The position numbers and the translations under genes were made by a program. Under the pieces are notes generated by a model. The model made no database searches. It worked only from the letters and a program-made list of their open reading frames with translations, and was not told the DNA's origin. Positions 56,653-64,000 of a stretch of 64,000 nt of DNA are shown piece after piece (within the stretch, counting starts at the first letter, position 1; every line of letters begins with the position of its first letter). Source of the stretch: Flavobacteriales bacterium (GTDB lineage Bacteria; Bacteroidota; Bacteroidia; Flavobacteriales; BACL11). Location: positions 128,122 through 192,121 of the forward strand of contig PAHP01000007.1 of the NCBI GenBank assembly GCA_002705205.1. The letters run 5' to 3'.

Positions 56653-57777
56653 ATGCATCATATTTTTGAAAATATTAAGCTGAGGGGGGATAAAACCATC
56701 TGGATTATAGTTTTTTTATTGTCATTGTTTTCTGTGATGGTAGTATATTCTGCTGCAGGTTGGGTCGATTTAACACAACATATCTTTAAATTATCATTAG
56801 GTTTAATTTGCATGTACATAGTGCATTTGATTCCTTTTAAGTATTTTTCAAAATTAGGTCAATTAGGGTATTTTACATCTTTAGTTTTATTGATCTTAGT
56901 TTTGTTGATAGGGGTTACAATAAATGGGGCTTCAAGGTGGATTGAATTAGCAGGACTCCGATTTCAACCTTCTGATGTAGCAAAACTTACAGTGATCTTA
57001 TTTATGGCTCGTCAAATAAGTATTAATAGAGAGAATTTAGATAGATTTAAAGAGTTTGCATGGTATATTTTATTCCCTTTGCTTATAGTTTGTGTTTTGA
57101 TTTTACCAAATAATTTCTCTACTTCAGCACTCGTCTTTATCAATGGCATTGTTCTGATGTTTATTGGTAGAGTAAAAATAGCTTTTATTACAAAAGTACT
57201 TGCGTTATCTTTTTTAGTGTCAGGTGTTATTTATGCAGCAACAAAATATACATCTTTTGGAGAAAGGGTCATCCCTCGCTCTGAAACTTGGGTTAGTAGG
57301 ATTGACAGCTATTTTGTAGAAGTAGATGAGGTAGATAAAGATTATCAGCAAATGCAAGCATTAGTTGCAATACAGAATGGTGGTATTAAAGGAGTCGGTC
57401 CTGGGAAAAGTACACAAAGAAGTATTTTACCTTACTCTGAGTCTGATTTTATTTATGCTATTATTTTAGAAGAATATGGTTTACTTGGTGGCGTTGTTGC
57501 AATTCTGCTATATCTTATATTACTCTTTAGAGCTGTTCGAATTTCATTAAAGGTTAATAGTATCTTTGGAAGCTTGATAGTTGTTGGGCTCATATTTTCT
57601 TTAGTTTTTCAGGCATTAATAAACATGTTAGTGTCTGTAGAAATCTTTCCGGTAACAGGACAGACACTTCCCTTGATAAGTATGGGGGGTACCTCAATAG
57701 TGTTTACATGTATTTCTATAGGTATTGTATTAAGTGTTAGTAGAAACTCATTAATGGGAGAATATGAAAAATCTTAA
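56653..57777 (+). CDS. ftsW: SEDS-family peptidoglycan glycosyltransferase FtsW
   Basis: 374 aa, about 10 TM segments. Motifs QPSDVAK, SDFIYAIILEE, and TGQTLPLISMGGTS. Confidence 0.9.
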   Translation: MHHIFENIKLRGDKTIWIIVFLLSLFSVMVVYSAAGWVDLTQHIFKLSLGLICMYIVHLIPFKYFSKLGQLGYFTSLVLLILVLLIGVTINGASRWIELAGLRFQPSDVAKLTVILFMARQISINRENLDRFKEFAWYILFPLLIVCVLILPNNFSTSALVFINGIVLMFIGRVKIAFITKVLALSFLVSGVIYAATKYTSFGERVIPRSETWVSRIDSYFVEVDEVDKDYQQMQALVAIQNGGIKGVGPGKSTQRSILPYSESDFIYAIILEEYGLLGGVVAILLYLILLFRAVRISLKVNSIFGSLIVVGLIFSLVFQALINMLVSVEIFPVTGQTLPLISMGGTSIVFTCISIGIVLSVSRNSLMGEYEKS

Positions 57778-58864
57778 AGTTATTATTAGTGGAGGTGGTA
57801 CAGGCGGGCATATTTTCCCGGCAATTGCAATTGCTAATGCTATAGAAAGCCAAGTAAAAGCTGTTGAATTCTTGTTTGTTGGTGCAGAAGACAGGATGGA
57901 AATGGATAAAGTTCCAGCTGCTGGATATAAGATTGTAGGACTTTGGATTAGTGGACTGCAAAGAAAAATAGATAGTAGGAATCTTGCCTTCCCTTTTAAG
58001 CTTATTCATAGTATATGGAGATCAAAGAAGATTATAAAACAATTTAATCCTGATTTAGTTATTGGAACAGGTGGATATGCTAGCGCTCCAGTGATTTATG
58101 TTGCTGCAAAAAGAGGGATTCCTTCACTTATTCAAGAGCAAAACTCTTACCCTGGAATTACAAATAAGATTTTAGCTAAATATGTTCAGAAGATTTGTGT
58201 AGCTTATGATAAAATGGAACGCTTTTTTCCATCTGAGAAATTGATCTTAACAGGAAATCCAATTCGTAAAGATATTTTAGGTTTTGATATTCAAAATAAA
58301 AATGCTCAGAATTACTTTGAAATTAATAAAAATAAACAAACAGTATTGGTGGTTGGTGGTAGCTTGGGTGCTTTAACAATAAATAAAGCAATTGCTGAGA
58401 ATATTAATAGAATTGAAAGTATCGGTATTAATTTAATATGGCAGACAGGAGCTTCTTTTTACGACAAGGCTCAGCAATACCTTGCAGATATAGACGTAAA
58501 AGGGGTTAATGCTTATGCCTTTATAAAAGAAATGGACTTAGCATATGCCTCTGCAGATATTATTATATCAAGAGCAGGAGCTATTGCTATTTCTGAACTT
58601 TGCTGTGTTGGGAAGCCCCTGATCTTAGTTCCTTCTCCAAATGTTTCAGAAAATCATCAATTTAAAAATGCACAATCTTTGGTTAATAAGAATGCGGCAA
58701 TACTTGTGGAGGATGCTAATGCAAATCGTAAACTTGTAGATACTCTTGAAGATTTGATTAAAAATAAAGATTTGAAAAGATCTTTAAGTAGTAACATTAA
58801 AAAGATAGCAGTTGTTGATGCAGCGGAAAGGATTGCAAAAATAGCATTGGATTTAGTAAAATGA
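57764..58864 (+). CDS. murG: UDP-N-acetylglucosamine--N-acetylmuramyl-(pentapeptide) pyrophosphoryl-undecaprenol GlcNAc transferase
   Basis: 366 aa. GGGTGGHIFPAIA, and the C-terminal QxxNA motif (HQFKNAQ). Confidence 0.95.
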   Translation: MKNLKVIISGGGTGGHIFPAIAIANAIESQVKAVEFLFVGAEDRMEMDKVPAAGYKIVGLWISGLQRKIDSRNLAFPFKLIHSIWRSKKIIKQFNPDLVIGTGGYASAPVIYVAAKRGIPSLIQEQNSYPGITNKILAKYVQKICVAYDKMERFFPSEKLILTGNPIRKDILGFDIQNKNAQNYFEINKNKQTVLVVGGSLGALTINKAIAENINRIESIGINLIWQTGASFYDKAQQYLADIDVKGVNAYAFIKEMDLAYASADIIISRAGAIAISELCCVGKPLILVPSPNVSENHQFKNAQSLVNKNAAILVEDANANRKLVDTLEDLIKNKDLKRSLSSNIKKIAVVDAAERIAKIALDLVK

Positions 58865-60261
58865 GCTTAGATTTATATAAAAATATTTACTTGATCGGTA
58901 TAGGTGGCATTGGAATGAGTGCTCTGGCACGTTATTTTAATGCTAGAGGCTGTTTAGTTTATGGATATGATAAATTAGAATCTGATTTGTGTAAAGAATT
59001 AGAGAATGAAGGAATAAATATTCATTATTCTGATCTAGTAAACGATATGCCTGAACAAATAAGGAATACAGAATCTAATAATATTTTGGTGATTTATACT
59101 CCTGCTATTCCTATTGAGAATAAAATCTTTTCCTACTTTATTGAAAAAAGATTTAATGTCTATAAACGATCTGAAGTTCTTGGTATGATTAGTAGGAAAT
59201 TATTTACAATTGCAGTTGCAGGAACTCATGGTAAAACAACAACCTCAACAATACTTGCTCATATCCTGCAGAATTCAGGAAAAGAAATAACGGCATTTTT
59301 AGGAGGTATTAGTAGGAACTACAATACCAACTTACTTTTAGCAGATAAAGCTAATATTTTAATTATTGAGGCTGATGAGTATGATAGATCCTTTTTGGAG
59401 CTAGAACCTGACATCGCAATTATTACATCTGTTGATGCTGATCATCTAGATGTATATAATAATAAAGATGATTTGCATCAGGCATTTATACAATTTGCTT
59501 CTCAGATAAAACAAAATGGGTTGTTATTAGTTGAGGACTCAATTGATATTGATCTGCCAAAACCAGAGGGAGGCGTGAAATCCACTTATTCGGCTAATAA
59601 TAAAGCAGATTATTTTGCTCGGAATGTGAAAATAAATGATGGGAGGATGTTATTTGATATGATAGTTTTAGATAGCATGAAAGGTATTCCATATGAAAGA
59701 AAGCAAGTAAATTTAGACTTGCGATTGCCAGGTATTCATAATGTGAGTAACTCTTTAGCTGCATCAGCAGTTTCTATTTATTTAGGTTTGTCGTATAATA
59801 ATATTGCGCAAGGACTTTCTACATTTAAAGGAATAGTCAGAAGGTTTGATAAACATATCGAGACAAAAGAACTAGTGTATATTGATGATTATGCACATCA
59901 TCCTAATGAAGTTAGCGCTACGATTACTGCGGCTAAACAATTGTATCCTTCAAGGGAGATAACTGTAGTGTTTCAGCCTCATTTATATACCAGAACTCAG
60001 CAATTTGCTAGTGAATTTGCACTTTCATTATCCAAGGCTGATAATTTAGTATTATTAGATATTTATCCTGCAAGAGAAGAGCCAATTATTGATGTTAATT
60101 CAGAGATGTTACTAGATCTCTGCAATAGCCCTAAGCAAGAGGTTTGTTCAAAACAAGAATTATTGTCAGTATTAAGATGTAAAGATATTGATGTTCTTTT
60201 AACATTAGGGGCGGGAGATATAGGAGATTTAGTTGAACCAATAAAACATATGTTAAATTAA
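58861..60261 (+). CDS. murC: UDP-N-acetylmuramate--L-alanine ligase
   Basis: 466 aa. GIGGIGMSALA, the GTHGKTTT P-loop, and DDYAHHP. Confidence 0.95.
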   Translation: MSLDLYKNIYLIGIGGIGMSALARYFNARGCLVYGYDKLESDLCKELENEGINIHYSDLVNDMPEQIRNTESNNILVIYTPAIPIENKIFSYFIEKRFNVYKRSEVLGMISRKLFTIAVAGTHGKTTTSTILAHILQNSGKEITAFLGGISRNYNTNLLLADKANILIIEADEYDRSFLELEPDIAIITSVDADHLDVYNNKDDLHQAFIQFASQIKQNGLLLVEDSIDIDLPKPEGGVKSTYSANNKADYFARNVKINDGRMLFDMIVLDSMKGIPYERKQVNLDLRLPGIHNVSNSLAASAVSIYLGLSYNNIAQGLSTFKGIVRRFDKHIETKELVYIDDYAHHPNEVSATITAAKQLYPSREITVVFQPHLYTRTQQFASEFALSLSKADNLVLLDIYPAREEPIIDVNSEMLLDLCNSPKQEVCSKQELLSVLRCKDIDVLLTLGAGDIGDLVEPIKHMLN

Positions 60262-60983
60262 TGAGAAGAGTTCTTATCATATTTAAGTGGGTTTTGGTAA
60301 CGTTTTTATTATTAGTTACATTGTCATTTACTAATGAGAGGCAAACTAAACAACTTCTTAACTTAAATAAGATTAGTATTGGAGTATCCGAGGAGGATTT
60401 TATCAATAAACAAATCATTTTAACTTATTTAGTTGCTAATAATATCAGTTTTGATAGTGTCTTAGTGAATGATTTTCAGATAGATGATATAGAGGAAATA
60501 CTTCAGTTACACCCCGGAATACAGGATGCAGAGGTATATTCTAATCAAAAGGGCGATGTCAATATACTTGTCGAGCAAAAGAAAGCAATTGTAAGGGTAA
60601 AAAGTAATTTTGATGATTGTTATCTAGATAAGTTTGGAGAACGAATGGATTTGTCAGAGAATTATACCCCATGCTTACTAGTAGCTACAGGTAAAATATC
60701 AAGTAATAATTATAAAGAAATTGTTGCATTTGTCAATGAAATTAATAAATCAGATTTCTGGAAATCACAATTAACCCAGCTTCATTATCATGATGATGAT
60801 GATATAATATTAATTCCTCGAGTAGGAAAGCATAAAATACATGTTGGGGGGTTGGACAATATAAAAGAAAAGTTAGATCATTTATACCAGCTCTATAATG
60901 TAGCATTACCAGTAAAAGGATGGCAAACTTATTCTGATATTAACTTAAAGTATAAGAATCAAATTATTTGTACAAAAAAATAA
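60261..60983 (+). CDS. ftsQ: Cell division protein FtsQ
   Basis: 240 aa bitopic protein (N-terminal TM segment, POTRA-like region) in the canonical position between murC and ftsA. Confidence 0.7.
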   Translation: MRRVLIIFKWVLVTFLLLVTLSFTNERQTKQLLNLNKISIGVSEEDFINKQIILTYLVANNISFDSVLVNDFQIDDIEEILQLHPGIQDAEVYSNQKGDVNILVEQKKAIVRVKSNFDDCYLDKFGERMDLSENYTPCLLVATGKISSNNYKEIVAFVNEINKSDFWKSQLTQLHYHDDDDIILIPRVGKHKIHVGGLDNIKEKLDHLYQLYNVALPVKGWQTYSDINLKYKNQIICTKK

Positions 60984-60984
60984 A

Positions 60985-62289
60985 ATGATGGAAGAAAACA
61001 TACAACAACTGCCTAAAGGATCCTTCATGGTTGGTCTTGATATTGGAACTACCAAGATATCCGTAATGATAGGAAGAAAAAACGAATATGGAAAGTTAGA
61101 AATTCTTGGGACAGGCAAGGCTATATCTAATGGAGTATCTAGAGGTATTGTTGCAAATATAGATAAAACAGTTGCTTCAATAGTTGATGCAGTAGATCAG
61201 GCAGAGAAAAAGTCAGGTATTAAGATAAAAGATGTGTTTGTTGGCGTTGCTGGTCAGCATATAAAAAGCTTGCAACACAGAGGTGAAATAGTTCGAGATA
61301 ATATTGATGTTGAAATAGGCAAAGCAGATATTGATAAATTAAAATCCAATATGTTTAAATTGATTACTATCCCTGGCGAGGAAGTAATTCATGTTATTCC
61401 TCAAGAATATACAGTTGACGGTGAAGATGGTATCGAAGATCCTAAAGGTATGGCTGGGGTAAAATTAGAGGCTAATTTTCATGTTATTACAGCTCAAGTT
61501 GGTGCTGTTCGAAATATTATGAGATGCGTTGAGAAATCAGGGTTAAAAACAAAGGATCTAGTGTTGGAGCCATTTGCTTCAGCAGTTGCAACCTTAGATG
61601 CAGATGAATTAAGGGAGGGGGTAGCTTTAGTAGATATTGGAGGAGGAACTACTGATGTTGCTATATTTTTAGGAAATATTATTAGGCATACGGCTGTCAT
61701 TCCTTTTGGAGGAAATGTAATTACAAAAGATATTAAAACTGGATTAGAGATATTAGAAAAGCAAGCTGAGCTTTTAAAAATCAAGTTTGGTTCTGCCATG
61801 TATACTGATGATCAAGAGAATGTAATGGTTTCTATTCCAGGATTAAGAGGAAGGCCTCCAAAAGAAATAGCGGTAAAAACCTTATCTGAGATTATTGGAG
61901 CTAGGTATAAAGAAATTATTGATCTTGTATATCATGAAATTAAAGTTTCTGGCTATGAGAATAAATTGATGACTGGAATTGTAATAACTGGAGGAGGTTC
62001 TCAGATTAGAAATTTAAAACAATTAGTTGCTTATGTCACCGGTAAAGAAACTAGGATAGGGTACCCTAATGAATATTTGGGTGCTGAATCCAAAGACTTA
62101 GTTGTTAGCCCAATGTATTCAACAGGTGTAGGTTTGGTCCTAAAGGGCTTTGAGTATATAGAACAGTATCCTGAGCAATTTGAAGCGGTAGAGGTTGATA
62201 AGACTATTAATGATAATGAAGAATCAACCAACGAAATTAGTTTAGTAGAAAGAATAACAGGCTGGTTTGTTGATGAGGATGTAGATTAA
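60985..62289 (+). CDS. ftsA: Cell division protein FtsA
   Basis: 434 aa actin-like ATPase. VGLDIGTTKISV, VDIGGGTTDVAIF, ITGGGSQI. Confidence 0.95.
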   Translation: MMEENIQQLPKGSFMVGLDIGTTKISVMIGRKNEYGKLEILGTGKAISNGVSRGIVANIDKTVASIVDAVDQAEKKSGIKIKDVFVGVAGQHIKSLQHRGEIVRDNIDVEIGKADIDKLKSNMFKLITIPGEEVIHVIPQEYTVDGEDGIEDPKGMAGVKLEANFHVITAQVGAVRNIMRCVEKSGLKTKDLVLEPFASAVATLDADELREGVALVDIGGGTTDVAIFLGNIIRHTAVIPFGGNVITKDIKTGLEILEKQAELLKIKFGSAMYTDDQENVMVSIPGLRGRPPKEIAVKTLSEIIGARYKEIIDLVYHEIKVSGYENKLMTGIVITGGGSQIRNLKQLVAYVTGKETRIGYPNEYLGAESKDLVVSPMYSTGVGLVLKGFEYIEQYPEQFEAVEVDKTINDNEESTNEISLVERITGWFVDEDVD

Positions 62290-62328
62290 GATAACGAATA
62301 TTAATTATAAAATTAAAAAAAGAAAATT

Positions 62329-63987
62329 ATGAGCGCAATTGACTTAGGAATGGATTTCCAGATGCCAAAAAATCAATCATCTCAAATAAAGGTTTTGGGT
62401 ATTGGAGGAGGAGGTAGTAATGCCGTAAATTACATGTACATAAATGGAATAAAAGGTGTTGATTTTGTTATATGCAATACTGATAATCAAGCATTAGAAG
62501 CTAGTCCTGTGCCAGTTAAGATTCAGTTAGGGCAGGATTTAACTGAAGGTCTTGGTGCAGGAGCTAATCCTGAGATCGGAAAAAAGGCTGCTGAAGAAAG
62601 TGCAGATAGGATAATAGAATTACTTGATGCAAATACTAAGATGTTATTTCTAACAGCAGGTATGGGAGGGGGGACAGGTACTGGAGCAGCTCCTGTAATT
62701 GCTGAAATCGCTAAAGAAAAAGGTATTCTTACAGTTGGAGTTGTTACTATACCTTTTGGTACTGAAGGAGGCTATAGAAGGCAATATGCTGATGCTGGTA
62801 TTACAGAATTAAAGAAGTATGTTGATACACTCTTAGTAATAAATAATGATAAGTTAATTGAGGTGTATGGTGATCTTACTTTTACTGATGCATTTGCAAA
62901 AGCTAATGAGGTATTAAATACAGCTACAAAAGGAATTGCAGAGGTTATTTCAGAACACTTACTGGTAAATATTGATCTTAATGACGCAAGAAAAGTACTA
63001 GAAAATAGCGGAACTGCTGTTATGGGACAGTCGAAGGTTGAAGGTGATAACAGAGCAATTGAGGCTGTTACTCAGGCTTTAGACTCACCACTTTTAAATG
63101 ATAACGATATTACTGGCGCTCAGCAAGTATTGTTAAAAATTGTAACTGGTGATGGTGATGGTGAGATTAAGATGTCAGAACTTGGAAAGATAAAGAATAA
63201 AATACAAGAAGTTGCTGGAGCAAATGTTAATATTATTGAGGGGATTGGTATTGATCCTGAATTAGGAATGGCGATTAGTGTTACCGTGATTGCTACAGGA
63301 TTTCAAGAAAGAAGAAGACCAAAAGGGCCTACTACTGTGACATTATCTGAAGATAATTTTGACACAATGACCACTGATGAGATAGAACCTACTGATACTC
63401 TTAATAAAGACAAGTCAGCTATAGATGAGTCTAGACAACAGACTTTATTGTTAGATGAAGAGATTGATTTTGAGATCCCTGAAATAGAGATCCCTGAATC
63501 AGTTGAGGAGGAAATTGATACAGTTGTTGAATCAGAGAATGTTTCAAAAAAGATTGTTTTTGATTTAGGTGGTGATGATGAGTCTATCACGCAGGAAGAA
63601 TCTCTTAATGAAACAATTATATCAAATATGCCAGAAGAGGAGCCAAATATTTCTGAAAAATTAGTTGTTCCAGATATTGAAAATGAAGAAGAGGTAGTTG
63701 AGCCAACATTAAATACTTTTGAGTCTGCATCAGTTAATTCTGAGGTTATGAAAGTTGAATCTAGGGAAAGAGAAAATAGATTGAGAACTATATCGCTTCA
63801 ATTACGGACTCCTTCAGGATTAACTTCATTAGAAGATGTGCCTGCATATAAGAGAGATAATATCGATACTGAACAGCCAACTCATTCATCTGAAAGTGAA
63901 GTTTCTTCTTATACTTTAGCTAACGGTAATAATAATACCACTGAACTAAAACAAAACAATTCTTTCCTTCATGATAATGTGGACTAG
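62329..63987 (+). CDS. ftsZ: Cell division GTPase FtsZ with a long acidic linker and a Bacteroidetes-type C-terminal extension
   Basis: 552 aa. GIGGGGSNAV, tubulin signature GGGTGTGAAP, a ~170-aa Glu/Asp-rich linker, a VPAYKR C-terminal-peptide-like element, and a terminal NNSFLHDNVD. Confidence 0.95.
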   Translation: MSAIDLGMDFQMPKNQSSQIKVLGIGGGGSNAVNYMYINGIKGVDFVICNTDNQALEASPVPVKIQLGQDLTEGLGAGANPEIGKKAAEESADRIIELLDANTKMLFLTAGMGGGTGTGAAPVIAEIAKEKGILTVGVVTIPFGTEGGYRRQYADAGITELKKYVDTLLVINNDKLIEVYGDLTFTDAFAKANEVLNTATKGIAEVISEHLLVNIDLNDARKVLENSGTAVMGQSKVEGDNRAIEAVTQALDSPLLNDNDITGAQQVLLKIVTGDGDGEIKMSELGKIKNKIQEVAGANVNIIEGIGIDPELGMAISVTVIATGFQERRRPKGPTTVTLSEDNFDTMTTDEIEPTDTLNKDKSAIDESRQQTLLLDEEIDFEIPEIEIPESVEEEIDTVVESENVSKKIVFDLGGDDESITQEESLNETIISNMPEEEPNISEKLVVPDIENEEEVVEPTLNTFESASVNSEVMKVESRERENRLRTISLQLRTPSGLTSLEDVPAYKRDNIDTEQPTHSSESEVSSYTLANGNNNTTELKQNNSFLHDNVD

Positions 63988-64000
63988 TTAATCAAGTGTT

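Noticed and set aside
1-64000. tRNA, rRNA, CRISPR arrays, IS elements and recognisable defence systems (restriction-modification, toxin-antitoxin, CBASS, and similar)
   Set aside because: All intergenic gaps are under ~215 nt, and none shows cloverleaf-type complementarity, spaced direct repeats or terminal inverted repeats. No ORF carries nuclease, methylase, transposase or integrase motifs that I could recognise.

Overview
AT-rich (roughly 30-35% GC by eye) chromosomal window from a Bacteroidota genome, most likely Flavobacteriia-like. The assignment rests on gldB/gldC and gldE/gldD gliding-motility genes, a protease with a T9SS C-terminal domain, signal peptides that obey the Bacteroidetes A|Q rule, TAnnTTTG -7 promoter boxes, no Shine-Dalgarno spacing, and an FtsZ ending in NSFLHDNVD. 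About 65 densely packed CDS, nearly all core housekeeping. Left part: mlaEF-rsmA-mgtE operon, manC, fumC, prfB, recX, rng, hup, mutY, ssb, rplU-rpmA, serS. Middle: recQ, kpsF-tatC-lptB, purS, pssA, lnt, nadE, engB. Right third (48.9-64.0 kb): a complete dcw cluster, mraZ-rsmH-ftsL-ftsI-murE-mraY-murD-ftsW-murG-murC-ftsQ-ftsA-ftsZ. I found no tRNA, rRNA, CRISPR array, transposase, integrase or recognisable defence genes. The one clearly non-housekeeping locus, and my best candidate for an undescribed system, is a 6-kb operon (9527-15456). It has eight consecutive exported proteins, six of which (P1-P6) I cannot place in any named family. It contains a tandem paralog pair, invariant 7-nt intercistronic spacers, a conserved ~35-nt motif in both of its larger internal gaps, and two small outer-membrane beta-barrels at the end. 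Secondary points: a 29-aa hyper-basic bS22/mS38-like sORF; an L21 with a Lys/Ala/Pro tail encoded by a perfect 45-bp tandem repeat; a textbook MraZ operator (GTGGG x3 at 10-bp phase); several apparently leaderless genes; and a stand-alone tail-fibre-like exported protein. All family calls come from motif recognition by eye. No searches were run.
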